Shown here in pieces: positions 40,478 to 53,959 of a DNA stretch of 64,000 nucleotides (positions are counted from its first letter, which is position 1; each line of letters begins with the position of its first letter). This DNA comes from Lytechinus pictus. Lineage: Eukaryota. The stretch covers positions 4,838,001 through 4,902,000 of the forward strand of contig NC_087245.1 in NCBI RefSeq assembly GCF_037042905.1, read 5' to 3'. Below the pieces are notes generated by a model. That model was given only the letters and a program-made list of their open reading frames with translations. It had not been told where the DNA came from and did no database searches. The translations under genes and the position numbers were made by a program.

Positions 40478-42173
40478 AATTCAGCCATGTTTTGTGTATT
40501 TGACATGGTTGAATCATATCTAATCATTTACCAGTAATTATTCTTATAATAATTTGAAAATTACTAACTAACTAAATAAATGAATGAATGAATGAATAAA
40601 TAAATAAATGAAATAAATAAAATTTTAGTATTTGATGTGTAAAATCATAAGACTATGACTCAAATAACCCCATCTTGATCACCTATCCACATAATAGTAA
40701 ATACTGGTTATTAACACTTGTATTGAACAGAAGTTAAATAATTTACAGAGGTAATTTCTCTGCTTGAAGTTTATATTCCGAAACAAATTTATTCTCGAAT
40801 ATCAATAAATTATTGAGAAAGTGTTTTTTTTTTTTTTTTTTGAAACACAAGTTACTTCAGGAAGAGAAAAATGCTTACATGAATAAAAAAAAAAATCACG
40901 AAAATGATTTCATATATTTAATGATGGCATTCATTTCTTTTAATTTTCCCCATTTGAAATGAGAGAAGAGCCAAATCTTTTTTGTCTGAAGTATCCATTT
41001 TGACGGAGCCAAAGAATATTAAAGTATAGGACACGTGTGCCACCTAAATGTGACCCGCTATGCCTGTATAGTGTATAGTGAAATAGCGAATTTTAAGCGA
41101 ATACCGTATACTTCTATGTGAACTCAGCCGAAGTTATACAATATAGTCTGTACACCCTGTAATGTCGCAAAGTAAGGCACAAAACTACAAATTTAAATAA
41201 ATACATACTCTTTCCATTAGATTAGTTTTTTAATTCAACTCGTCAAGCTACATGTAGGTAATGATACAACAAAGGGAGACTGGTAGAGCTAAAATGTACA
41301 CGTACACACGAGTATGTACATGTGCACCAAAACCAATATTGAAATACAAATCCAGTTTTGCTCTATTCTTCACTTTAGGCCAAAGCAACTGACCTTTGAA
41401 AATCTAACTAGGCCAGAGAGAGTATGAAGATGGGCAATGGATGCAAGCTCATTTTAATTAAGGGGAGATCACAAAACAGAGAAAGAAAATGAGACATGGT
41501 TACAGAGAATTATCCACGATGGAGGAGAGAGAGAGAGATTGTACTAGAAAGACGTTCCATTTTTCATCAAAGAAATATCCGCCCACTCATCATCATCCTC
41601 CAATATAAGAAGTATAGATTTACTCAATACGATCCACAATTTGAAAGAACATCACTTGGAAAACACTTAATGTAAAATTCATCTGATGGACAATCTTGAA
41701 TTCTATTACTTTTTAATAGACTCGCACCTTCATTTGTTCATATTTCATTGCCACTAGTGCTACATGTATCACACTTTGGTCTGAAAATTATTACAAAATA
41801 GTTTCAAGATACATGTACATGTAGGCCTACGGAGTTTGCAGACTTACAGTAAACATATGTACATGACATGTATGTACAGTGCACATGGAAAATTCTGGCC
41901 ATGAAAAAACAACAAAGTGAAGAAAATACTGACCCGCAATGCGGGTGGGGGGGCACTTCTATATTGACGAGTGGATACCACACATGACCATGGTGTTTCG
42001 AAAAGCACCCTAAACAAGTATTTTCCATGTTCTAAAAATGCACCCTTTAACTAGTGTTGGCGTGTAACAAAACAGTGAGCACAGACAAGTATTCCTTAGG
42101 AACTTTGTGGACCAGTGGATTAGTCTTCTGACTTTGAAACAGGGGATCGTGGGTTCAAATGCTATCCATGGCG

Positions 42174-42530
42174 CACTGGTGTACCTAGGATTTTCCAGAA
42201 GGGGGGCAAATTTTTGGAGGATATAACGTCCGCAAAAAATTTGACAAGCAAAAAAAAAAAAAAAAAAGGTCTTCAACCACAAATAAAGGATTTCTTACCA
42301 CAAAAAAATTTGACAAGCAAAAAAAAAAAAAAAGGTCTTCAGGTCTTCAAAGAGGGGTACACATCTGTTTTTATTGCATTTTTACATTACAAATTATTAA
42401 TTTCGCTTCTCAAAAGGGGGGCACGTCCCCTGTATCAGTTGTGACTCGTCAGGGGGGGCAGGGATACGTCCCCTGCATGAGTTGTGACTCGTCAGGGGGG
42501 GCAGTGTGCCTACCCTTAGGTACGCTAGTG
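42174..42530. mobile_element. hAT-like MITE inside the SINE
   Basis: TIR CACTGGTGTACCTA / TAGGTACGCTAGTG, TSD CCATGGCG. Relative at 49280-49562. Confidence 0.85.
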
Positions 42531-42626
42531 CCATGGCGTGATTTCATTCAGCAAGAAATTTATCCACATTGTGCTTCACTCAACCCAGGTGTGGTGAATG
42601 GGTACCCAGCAGGATTAATTCCTTAA

Positions 42627-44085
42627 AGGGGAATCCAGCCTTTGGCATAAAATTTTGTGTCGGAAAGGAGAAAAATAAATAAAACAGAATGGTGAAAGTT
42701 TGAAAGAAATCGGACAAGCAATGAGAAAGTTATGGCTACATTAAAGGTCAAGTCCACCTCATTAAAATGTTGATTTGAATTAAAAGAGAAAAAAATCAGA
42801 CAAGCATAATAATGTTGAAAATTTCACCAAAATCGGATGTAAAATAAGAAAGTTAAGACATTTTAAAGTTTCACTTATTTTTCGCAAAACAGTTATATGC
42901 ACAATTTACATGCAAATGAAAGAATTGATGATGTCCCTCACTCACTATTTCTTTTTTTTTATTGTTTGAATTATACAATATTTCAATTTTTACAGATTTG
43001 ACTGACAATAAGGACCAACTCAACTGAACCATATAATGTTAAACAATGGTAATTCCACATGTTCAGTGAGAAATAAAACTTTGTTTCACAGAACAATGAG
43101 GAGAAAATTAGAATATTTCATATTTCTCATAATAAAATACAAAAGAAAAAGTGAGTGAGTGATGTCATCAGTTCCCTCATGTGCATACTGACCGGGATGT
43201 GCATATATGATATAACTACATGTATAATGTGAAATTAAGCAAAACTTTAAAATGTCATAACTTTCTTATTTTACATCTTATACCCCTTTCATAAACCCAA
43301 TAAAACATGTCCTCCAATTAGCCGCCTAAGAGTAATGCGGATAATTCAATAAAAATTGCGTTCACAAACTCCATAAATTATTTTTACGAGCGCCCGTCCT
43401 GAAAAAGGCGGATAATCGTCATGACAACTGGACACGCCCCCTCCAATGCGGTTGTGTTGGAAAAGGGTGAACTTGTGACCGCACCATGGCAATTATCCGC
43501 ATTATTTGAAAATACGTTCATAAACTCAAAATCTTGTCCCGATGCCGCTATTTATGCGGATAATAGCAGCATCAGAATAATGCGGATAACTCTTGTCCTC
43601 CTCTGATTTTACGACCAAATTATGCTGCTATTAGCCGCATAATTGTGTTTTATTGGGTTTATGAAAGGGGTACAATTTTGACAAGGGGCAAGGACAACTT
43701 TTCCATGTACATTATCAGGGATTTGTGGTTTTCTCCTAAGTACCCATTCCTCTGGGGCAGTAGTCAAAATGTAACCCAGGTAGCATATTGTTTTATGTCC
43801 TCATGAAAAAAAAAAAATTAAAATAAAACTTTTGAAAAAATGACATTTTAGTCATTTTATATATCGGAGTACATAGAAGAGTATTCCTTGCCTGACGTCA
43901 CTATGCTATCACATATGCGGCCAATTTGAAGTCTCCATGTGTGTAGTGATTGCCAATTTTGACAACTTTTAAAAATTCCTAAATTTCTTATTATTTGTCC
44001 GATATTTTTTAAACTTTCGCCTATCAACTTGTCTGATTTTTCTTTTTCCTCTGAAAACAAGTTTTTATTTGGGTTGGATTCCCCT
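42627..44085. mobile_element. Kolobok-like MITE inside the SINE, containing a second Kolobok-like copy from 42745
   Basis: TTAA+AGGGGAATCCAGCC / GGTTGGATTCCCCT+TTAA. Inner TTAA+AGGTCAAGTCCACC at 42741. Confidence 0.8.
43283..43670. mobile_element. TA-flanked MITE, innermost insertion of the nest
   Basis: 25-bp TIR CCCCTTTCATAAACCCAATAAAACA / TGTTTTATTGGGTTTATGAAAGGGG with TA on both sides. Confidence 0.8.
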
Positions 44086-45310
44086 TTAAATGCATGAGCG
44101 CTGAAAGGCAGCTCGAGCTAAAGCCGGGGTAATAGTAATAATAACGCGCCTTGGAATAGAATTTTTCTACATACATGTAGATGGCGCTATATAAATGCCT
44201 AGTATTATTATTATTATTATTACTTTGACCCCCTAAACAAGTACAGCGATAGTTTAACCATGGACCTACTAGCTTTTCTAGTATTTGTAATGCATGCACA
44301 TTTGTAATACAATTACATCATAGAAACAAACAAACAACTTTAATAATATCTAAGTTTGCAATTAACTTTTTATTTGACTTGACTTGATTCCATGAAGATG
44401 GGAAGAAATATCACGTTAATCAATTCCAGATATTTCATGATGAACTTTTATGAATACTTTAAAAAGGTAAAAAAATACATTGATAACTAACATCACTTAC
44501 TGATAGTCTGATCAGACATACAGTAGCCTACATAGTCTGATCAGACATGTCTTTAAACTTTAAAACAATCTATTCTCCTAGATCTGTGCATGTACAAACA
44601 AGTATTGTATAGAAATTATATTATTAAAGACATGTATTATTGAGCAGGCTTGTACTTGCACATAAAGACTAATATAATAATATGAACTTTGAGATCTAGA
44701 TGGATGATCAGTGAAGTCAGTACATATACATCGATGCATGTAGATAGTATTAGTGAACAGAATTGCTTGTCATGGATGTGATCATGTATGTCAGCATTTA
44801 AAAGTATTAGGCCTGGGTACTGTACCGCCCCATCTCCCACAGGACCCTAAACACGTAGTGTTGGTGTAAAAAGTACATCCATTATAATTAAAATATTTCA
44901 GTCTTTTTATACCCTCGCAAATTGGACCGTAAACACATAGCTTTCCTAGTGAAATATATACAATTTTTTCATTAATTTAGTGTTTTTGACACCCTTATTA
45001 ACATGCAAGATCTTGAAAAAGAGAACCTTTTTATGTGTTTCTTTGGTCACGCGTGGTATCCACTCGTCAATGGAAGTGGCCCTCCCCCCACCCCCCAGGC
45101 CCGCAATACAGAACATTTTGCATCTCAGGCAATAAATGGGTCTGTGAAAACACAGTTTGCACCTGAGGCACAAGCATTTAAATCATCCAGTTTGATAGGG
45201 ATGCACACATGCATGTTCATTTCATAATCAAATCTACATGATTCATGACCTTCCTATCATTTTCCTTTATTAAAATTCAAACTCAGCTTCTAGACATGGG
45301 TATATTATTA

Positions 45311-46343
45311 CAGAGATGCCAACTTTTGGAAATCAGAATTAGGGAGGATTTGCAACTGACACCAAATTATGTGCGCGTATCTCGAGCGCGGAGCGCTCGA
45401 CCCTTGCGGCCGGGGTCGAGGGCCCGCCTTAGGGCCCTGGAAGCTCTGGGTTTCTAGATGCTCTCTGGTGCAATCTGACCCTTATTTTGGAGCATTTCAC
45501 ATGTTTTTAAAAAAACATTGTTCCCACTTTTTTGACATAAAAATAAAAATATCAAATATGCATTTTACATGTAAAAAAAATGAGGGGACAATAGAAGAAA
45601 AGTACCTGTTCAACTATAATAATGAGGAATTATCCTCTTTATTATTATTAAAGCGCGGGTAACGTCTTCCTCCTCGCTGGTCCCTTGCTTGGTGAAATAA
45701 GTCAACAGGGTACTAGTGGAGCTCGAAGATCTCGTCTTCGCAATGTCCGTATGCCGTTTGCTCCCTACGTGCTTCCGAATATCATCACGACCTCCGTGCT
45801 CAACTTTAATGTCCACGCTGCAAATTGTGCAAAATGCATGGTAGATTCCTCTTTCCGACTTCCGAATACACGGGTACTGGAGACTGTATTCAGTCTTATA
45901 CTTCTGAGACCATTTCTTGGTCTTTTTTTTGTTGATTTTCCGCCATTTCGTGTCAATATCAACCCATCAATACGCCAAAATCACACACCGATATTCCATC
46001 GCACGACTCGACAAATCCAGCGGCCGCGAGCGCACACGCCGAAGCTAGCCGGGCCTACCGGCCTGGTGCACAGTGGATTCCCGTTGGGCATATCACATGC
46101 ACCAGCTTTTCGCTGCTCCTTATTTGTCTGCCTTTCACACAGAATTTAGTAGCAGCGAAACATAATGGAGTTACTACATGCTTAAGTCAGCAGACGATAC
46201 ATGTACTTCCAAGGAAGCTCCTTGATTTGATCAATGCAAAAAAAATCATAATTTCGGGAGGATAAGGATGGTAATCGTAAGGGCGGGAGTTGGGATGAAT
46301 TTTCGGGAGCCTCCCGATTTCATCGGGAGGGTTGGCATCTCTG
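45311..46343 (-). mobile_element. Internally deleted hAT-like transposon
   Basis: TIR CAGAGATGCCAAC / GTTGGCATCTCTG. 8-bp TSD TATTATTA / TAATATTA with one mismatch. Confidence 0.8.
45650..45946 (-). pseudogene. N-terminal zinc-finger fragment of a hAT-type transposase, frameshifted and truncated
   Basis: ATG at 45946 gives MAENQQK. After a +1 shift in an A8 run the frame reads KTKKWSQKYKTEYSLQYPCIRKSERGIYHAFCTICSVDIKVEHGGRDDIRKHVGSKRH (CxxC...H...H). Confidence 0.65.
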
Positions 46344-47654
46344 TAATATTATTTAAGTACACTACAGTACACTACGTTTTGCACAGTGTATTACTACGTA
46401 TGTAGTATAATACACTACTAATTTTAAAATTCTGACTGGGAACTACATGTACATGTATAGGCAATACATTATGAAACATAGAATTATGCATATTCTTTTT
46501 GCTTATAAACATTGCACAAAATATTCCTGCAAACTGAAAATGAAATGTATGTGTGCATAGCCCTATTTCTTAACAACTAACTACTGCAAAACTTAGTTTA
46601 AATTGTACAATGGTACAAAACCATACCAATTTCTTGTATTTCATTCAAACATGAATTTAGTGCTCTTCGCCAAAATCGTACATAAATAATTGGACTCTTA
46701 TTAGTGTACGTGATGAAATGAGTGCAATCATGACACACAAAATCTGCATAGTCCATGGTTTTGTACCATGGTACAACTGAATCCTCATTTGAAAATACAG
46801 GCCAAAGGGTTTATTTTCATTTCGTCCGATACCAATTCGTCCAATTGCCAACTCGTCTACTATCATTTGGTGTTCTCGCTACCACGCGTCACGGTTGGCG
46901 GGCGCCGACGACCCTGAAAATTTTCAGGGCAAATCCGCCAACCGTGAACTTCCCCGACAACCGTGGCCGACAACTGTAAAACAGGCCTAGATCCACACAA
47001 AAAAACTGAATAATATATTTAAATAAAAACAATCTGCTTTTCAGATCCTAAAATAAACTTGTCGATTATTTCTTCCACGATTTCTTCCTAGTCTACAACT
47101 GTAGACCCACATCTGCAGTGTGTGTATCACAGCTGATTCAAGGAGTCTGCATAGCAGACTAGGTCTACTAGAGCCTGCAGATCTGGGTCTACAACATGTT
47201 TGACCAATGTACACGAAACGTGTACACAAGGCGGAGCTTGCTGAAACCCTCCGTTGCCAGTAGATACCATGATTGACAGCAGATTTGTGGAAGTAGGGGC
47301 AAGAGAGGGATTAGGATCCAGCTGTTCTGACCATTTCTTATCTTGTGGAATTTAAACAAATAGGGTATACTCCTCTTTCACTTTTGGGGCTTGCTACATA
47401 CACATAGGATCCATATACATGCATAGATACATATATGAATGTACTTGAGTAGTCAGGAGATGGAATGGTTTGGATGATAGGTCCATGATGATACCAAAGT
47501 CTGTAATAGCTCCTGGTTATAATAGCATAGGGCATGTTTTGAAACATTTTTGTTACAGCAAGGAACGTGTATGGAACTAATACAGTATATGAATGTGTAG
47601 AAGATGCCCTGATCACCCCCCGGGTCTTTTATAAGTGACATGGAATAAACCTTG

Positions 47655-47995
47655 TCTTTTTCTCTCTTTCTCTTCCTTTCTTTCCTTTTTTTCTTTTTTC
47701 CTCTTTTCATTCTTCTTGATTTTTTTTTCTTTTCCTCTTTTCTTCTCTTTTGTTTTCTTTCTTTTTTCTCTCTTCTTTTTCTCTTTATATCTTCCTTTCT
47801 TTCCTTTCCTTTCTTCCTTTTTCTTTCTTTCATTTTTTCCTTCCTTTTTTTTTTCATTTTTATCTCTTTCTCTCTCTCTCTCTTTCTTTCTTTCATTCTT
47901 TCCCTTCCTCCTCCTTTCTTATTTTTTCTAATTTTATTTTCATTTTTATTTCATTTGCTCTCTCATTCTTCTTCCTTTCCTCCAATGTCCTGTTT
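47655..47995 (+). repeat. Pyrimidine-rich low-complexity tract
   Basis: Almost pure C/T sequence. Confidence 0.9.
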
Positions 47996-48065
47996 TTTTT
48001 AATGTTATTTATCATCCTACGTGTATCTTTATCATTTCTACAATATAATGGAACTGATTGATTAA

Positions 48066-48656
48066 AGGACAAGTCCACCCCAACAAAACTTGATTTGAAT
48101 AAAAAGAGAAAAATTCAACAAGCATAACACTGAAAATTTCATCAAAATCGGATGTAAAATAAGAAAGTTATGACATTTAAAAGTTTCGCTTCATTTCACA
48201 AAACAGTTTGATATGCACATCTCGGTCGGTATGCAAATGAGGGAACTGATGACATCACTCACTCACTATTTCTTTTGTATTTTATTATATGAAATGTGAA
48301 ATATTTTTATTTTCTTGTCATTGTCATGGTGAAATGAAGTTTCATTCCTCCCTGAACACGTTTAACATTTTATGCTTCAGGCAAAGAGGTCCTAATCATC
48401 AAATTCGTAAAAATTGAAATATTGTGTAATTCAAACAATAAAAAACAAAAGAAATATTGAGTGAGTGACATCATCGACTCTCTCATTTGGATGTAACTGG
48501 CTCGTTCATATAACTATTTTGTTAAAAATAAGCGAAACTTGGAAATGTCATAACTTTCTTATTTTACATCCGATTTTGATGAAATTTTCAGCATTGTGCT
48601 TGTCTGATCTTTCTCTATTGATTCAAATCAACATTTTTCTGAGGTAGACTTGACCT
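48066..48656. mobile_element. Kolobok-like MITE, inverted relative to 4394-4993
   Basis: TTAA TSD at 48062 and 48657. Termini AGGACAAGTCCACC / GGTAGACTTGACCT. Confidence 0.88.
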
Positions 48657-49043
48657 TTAATGAACCAAACCGTTTTCTAAAGTACAAAATAAGAAATTAT
48701 ATGAAATTTTAGCGTGCAACATTAACCTTATGTACTACTCACATAAGATATGACTTGTTCTCCGGTCTTTCTTATACCCTCTTTATTTCTTCCCCTTCCT
48801 TTCCTTCTTGTTATCTTTTCTTTCTCTTTCTCTCTTTTCTTCTTTTCCGTTCCTTCTTCTTACATCTTAATAAATTAAGTTTTGTTTGCCCTGCCATTAG
48901 CATTTAGTTTCACATTTTCTTTATAATTCTATTCTTTCGACTTCAATGTTTCCTTCTTCATTAAGCCTATTGTGAATGTAAAGATAAATTATATATATTT
49001 CATTTACAGATGAGATTCAGACATCCCCATTGCACATGAAATA

Positions 49044-49181
49044 CAGGGGCCGCGGAAGCGGGGGGGGGGTGACCCCACTTTCAAAGCCGTGTACATAATC
49101 GTAAAAATGACCATATGATTGTGATTTTTTGCGTCATCAGCCCCCCCCCCCCTACTTTGAAAACCATTTCCACGGCCCCTG
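49044..49181. mobile_element. Small MITE with 5-bp TSD
   Basis: TIR CAGGGGCCGCGGAA / TTCCACGGCCCCTG, TSD AAATA. Relative at 58550-58863. Confidence 0.8.
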
Positions 49182-49279
49182 AAATATACACTGTTCATCA
49201 TCACACCGGACACCTCGGGCCCACCCTGGATCCGCCTATGAAATGCATTTTTTTTTAGAAGAAGTAGCATACACTACAG

Positions 49280-49562
49280 CAGTGGCGTACCTAGGATTTT
49301 CCACAGGAGGGGAAAATTTGCCCGCCAAAAAATTTGACAAGCAAAAAAAAAAGAAAGAAAAGGTCCTCAATCGAAAATAAAGGTTTTCGTACCAGAAAAA
49401 ATATTGACATGCAAAAAAAAAAAGGCCTTCAAGTTTGTCAGGGGGGGGCAATAAAGGTCTTTCAAGCTCGTCAGGGGGGGGGCAGGGATATGTCTTTTGT
49501 ATGGGTTGTGGCTCGTCAGGGGGGGGGGCAGATTGCCCCCCCCCCCCGTAGGTACGCTAGTG
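49280..49562. mobile_element. hAT-like MITE
   Basis: TIR CAGTGGCGTACCTA / TAGGTACGCTAGTG, TSD CACTACAG. Confidence 0.88.
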
Positions 49563-49928
49563 CACTACAGCCAATATAACTGGTAAGCACATATTTAACA
49601 GACAACAACAACAAATTACCTACTTTCCACAATTCAAATCCAACAAATTAATATTTTGAAACAAAATAATTATCCTTCAAAGCAATGGGGCATAGTACAT
49701 GTAAGCAGTTTGCACTAATGAGTAAAGCATCAAGGCATATAGCTCCCGGGCATACCAATATGCAACTTTCACATCTTTGGCATCGACATTGCATGTGTTG
49801 ACAAAGCTAATTGTTTTCATATTCAGTTCATTCAGCAGGATTGGCTGATTTAAATCACGTTGATTTTAATCGCGATTTAAATCGCGATTTAAATCACTGT
49901 GATCATTTTTTTCAAATCATTGATTTAA

Positions 49929-50687
49929 AGGTCATATCCACCCCAGAAAAAAAGAGTTTAATTGAATAAACATAGAGAAAAATCAAACAAGAATAACGCT
50001 GGAAACTACATCAAAATCGGATGTAAAATAGTTTATGATAACATTTTAAAGTTTCGCTTATTTTTCACAAAACAGATGGGTGTTTTATAAAGCTGTTCGT
50101 AAGTTAAGAGCGACTTTAAGAACGATTTGAGATCCTTTCTTGTGGTAAATTGTATATACATTGGCGATGGTTTATCGCGTAAGAAGTGTTCACCAGTCGT
50201 TCTTTAAGTCGCTCTTAACTTGTGAACAGCTTTATGAAACGGCCCCCAGTTATAATGACAATTCAGTGATATGAAAATTAGAGAGTCGATGATGTCACTC
50301 ACTCACTATTGCTTTTGCATTTTTACTGTTTGAATTATACAACATTTCAATTTTTACGAATTCAACAAATAGGACCCTCTTGTTTGAACTACTAAATGTT
50401 AAAACAATGTAATCCCACATGGTCAGGGAGGAATGATTTTTTTTTCATAAAAATATTTCATATTTCACATAATAAAATACAACAAAAAAATGAGTGATGT
50501 CATCGCCATAATTTGCATACCGACAAGGATTTGCATATAACCACGGTTTTGTGAAATTAAGCAAAAATTTTAATCGTCATTACTTTCTTCTTTTAGATCG
50601 GATTTTGATGAAATTTTCAGTGTTATGCTTGTCTGATTTTCTCTTACTATTCAAAGCAGCTTTTTGTTGGGGTGCATGACTTTTCCT
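49929..50687. mobile_element. Kolobok-like MITE with a nested Harbinger-like MITE (50076-50246)
   Basis: TTAA TSD inside a host GATTTAAATC motif. The inner palindromic element is flanked by a CAG duplication. Confidence 0.75.
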
Positions 50688-51599
50688 TTAAATCATTTCC
50701 ATTGAAACATGTACAAATTATTTGGGATTTTTTATTGTTTGTGGCAGTTTTACTTTTTAAATTAAAAAGAAAAAGATTTTACCAACTTTATATCATGAGA
50801 ACAGGAATAAATCCTTCATATCTACTCAGAACAATTGAAATCAAATCAATGAAATCAAGTCAATCTTGCAAAACCAAAGATGAACATGTAGCCTACATTA
50901 TATGCGACCCCTACTCAACTTGTATGTATGAGTAGACTTTGTTAATAGTAAAACAAATTTCTTGTTTCTTTATGTCAAAATTCAAAAGTGTTTTAGAGGG
51001 CAGTTTTCAAGAAAGTAAAGGAACTCTGAACTTATTAGGCTGAATCTCAACATGATAGATTTTTGCCAGGATGGGTTATAACCATGGATCCTATACTAGA
51101 AAAAGCCTGTTCAGACATTCTGAGTAGGATTGTGCTTCATTCAGCCAGTTCACTGAAAAAGGTTCAGTAATTAAGTACATGTACATTTATTTTAAAATAT
51201 GTATGAATGTTCTTGGCAAAGGGCACTAACATGACTAAATCATAACAACTATACATTTTAGTGCCCTTTGCCAAAATGATTTATGTTTGTACATTTTTAA
51301 GTGAATATTTTGAATTGAGTACAATAAAAGTAAAAATCGGCAACGTCCCTGCTTACCCAATACACCGATATTTTAACATTTCTATTCCTTTACATGTTCC
51401 TGTATTCAAATAAATAGGCCGACACAGTAGTATAAGGGAACCCGTTTTCTTATTTTAGCAAGACTGCTGCTAAAATACTAGTTTTCCAGTTTATTGTAAA
51501 CGAAATCATTTAAATCAACTTGCAAGTTTGTCAAAACTTTGCAAGCCAATGCTTTGAAACAGTCAAATAGTTCCAACTATGGCTCAAAGAAGAACTTAA

Positions 51600-52197
51600 A
51601 GGAATTGTCCAGGCTGGAGAAATTATGATACATGTATCAATAAATAAAGTAAAATTCACAGAGTAAAATACTGAAATTTGATCAAAATCGGATAACAAAT
51701 AACAAAGTTATTGAATTTTAAAGATTTCTTTTCGATTATTCCGGTAAAACATTTCTAGGCATGTCTTCATGAATATCCGTTAGTTGGGCTTATGATGGCA
51801 TATCTCCACTTGTTCTTTTGATTATGATTATGTGAAATTAGGTTTATTAAAAAGGAATTTACCAAGAACTAAAAACAATTGAATTGGCAACTAATTAAGT
51901 ACATTAGTTATTTATTGCCGCAACTTATTTCATCATAATGGAGACACATTATTTACACATGTATAAAAAAAAATGAAACAATTATGATTTCATGTTATAA
52001 GAAAAAGGAAAGAGGGGATGTGACATCATCAACCCACCAAATGAACATTCATGACGATGTAAATATAACTGTTTTCACAAAATACTGATAAACTTTAAAA
52101 TACAATAACTTTGTTATTTGTCATCCAATTTTGGTGAAATTTTCATCATTTTACTCTATTTATTTAGATCTGAATATTTTCAGCCCGGTCCATTCCT
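51600..52197. mobile_element. Kolobok-like MITE
   Basis: TTAA+AGGAATTGTCCAGGCTG / CAGCCCGGTCCATTCCT+TTAA. Confidence 0.78.
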
Positions 52198-53152
52198 TTA
52201 AGGTTGATACAAACAAAAATAAATGCAGTCGGTCAAAGCTTTGAAAGCCAATGCTTTGAAACAGTCGTTCCAACTGTGGCTCAAAGAACAACTTGGGGTT
52301 GAAACAAACAAAAGATAAATGCAGTTTTCTTTAACATGTATGATCTTCAATCCTTGACCTGAAAATAAAATTTAAAAAATATATCTCTTTGGAGAACTTG
52401 AATCTCTGAGTCATGGAATTCTTCCAAATAAACTGATCCTCATTAAATACCAAGAGCTTTGAAAATGAGCACCAACTTTGCATGTTTGCAGCATTAGCTG
52501 TACCAAGACAGTTATGTACTTTAGACACAGCAGAAAATGTCAGCTTCTTTATGGCTTTAATATTTTCTACAAATTATATTTTGACTGGATTTGATTATGA
52601 AATAGTTAAGAATAATTTTGGTGGTGAAATGCATAATTTTAAAATTGATGTCAGTGTGAAGGGTTATATTTTGGGTGTTTGCACTTTGTTAAAAAAAAAT
52701 TTGTTAGAAAAAATCAGATTGAAATTTAAAAAAATCTGATTTAAATCAAATAGATCCGATTTAGGTTTATATAAAAAAATTGCCAACATTTTCATTCAGC
52801 ATACTTTTGAGTTTGAAAGTACCTGATTATCACATACATTATGGCTGGCATAAAAACACTTTTAATACAAAGGTGAACGAATGTTGCTGGGCATGACAAC
52901 TTACACAAGGCTAATTAAGGCTAATTAATATCAAACTGAGCTAACATAACAGTAAAACAGGTTGAATACAGTAGCATCGAGAAGTGACTACAAATACAAG
53001 GTCCAATCAAGAAACTATGGTTAGAAGTTAATTCCAAACAGGAACAAAATAAAACATAGCTATCATGTTTGATTAAAAGTATGATAGTTTACAAACTTAC
53101 AATCGTGAAATTTAAGATTTTCATTTTGTAAACTATCATATTTAATATTTAA

Positions 53153-53926
53153 AGGAGAATGAAACCCTTGAACCCAGCTGAATCCATATAAAAGAGAAAA
53201 ATCAAAGAAACATATTGTTGAAAGTTTGAGGAAGATTGAATGAATAATAAGAAAGTTATGAGCATTTGAATATTGAGATCACTAATGCCATGTAGATCCT
53301 CCCATTGGCAATGCGACCAAGATCTGTGATGTCACACACGTACAACTCCCTCATTACTTTAGTACTTATTTCACTTATATTCTCACTTTTATAGAGCCTA
53401 TCACAAGGTGAGGTGTTCTCTTTATGAGAGGACAAGTACAGAGGTTTCACAACATTATATCATTGATGAATCGTTTGTCATATGATTAGAATGAGCAAAA
53501 AGAGATGTTTTGGGGTATATTTTCAGTGTCCAAAACTGGACAACTCTCCCCTTTTGGACACTGAAAATGTACCCCAAAACATCTCTTTTTGCTCATTCTA
53601 ATCATATGACAAACGATTCATCATTGTTGTGAAACCTCTGTACTTGTCCTCTCATAAAGAGAACACCTCACCTTGTGATAGACTCTATAAAAGTGAGAAT
53701 ATAAGTGAAATAAGTACTAAAGTAATGAGGGAGTTGTACGTGTGTGACATCACAGATCTTGGTCGCATTGCCAATGGGAGGATCTACATGGCATTAGTGA
53801 TCTCAATATTCAAATGCTCATAACTTTCTTATTATTCATTCAATCTTCCTCAAACTTTCAACAATATGTTTCTTTGATTTTTCTCTTTGATATGGATTCA
53901 GCTGGTTTCAAGGGTTTCATTCTCCT
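53153..53926. mobile_element. Near-perfect palindromic Kolobok-like MITE
   Basis: TTAA TSD, ~380-bp arms with few differences, 16-bp spacer. Identical mirror ORFs at 53256-53450(-) and 53629-53823(+). Confidence 0.92.
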
Positions 53927-53959
53927 TTAAGTTCTGAATTTTATGAGAATGGTGTTTTT

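Larger units (their letters stand above)
42099..44222 (+). mobile_element. tRNA-derived SINE, interrupted twice
   Basis: A-box TGGACCAGTGG (42108), B-box GGTTCAAATGC (42152). Body continues at 42531-42626 and 44086-44222. L2-like tail GCGCTATATAAAT...(TAT)n. Confidence 0.75.
41942..45097. mobile_element. MITE family A, copy 4, split by nested insertions
   Basis: Left part 41942-~42095. Resumes at ~44226 and again at ~44844. Right TIR at ~45047-45097. Confidence 0.7.
49836..52791. mobile_element. Old hAT-like element with GATTTAAATC subterminal repeats, hosting two Kolobok-like MITEs
   Basis: Ends CAGGATTGGC / GCCAACATTT, 8-bp TSD TCATTCAG on both sides, GATTTAAATC repeats near both ends. 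Confidence 0.65.

Noticed and set aside
47453..48078. K/R/E-rich and F/S/L-rich ORFs
   Set aside because: Artefacts of a pyrimidine tract.
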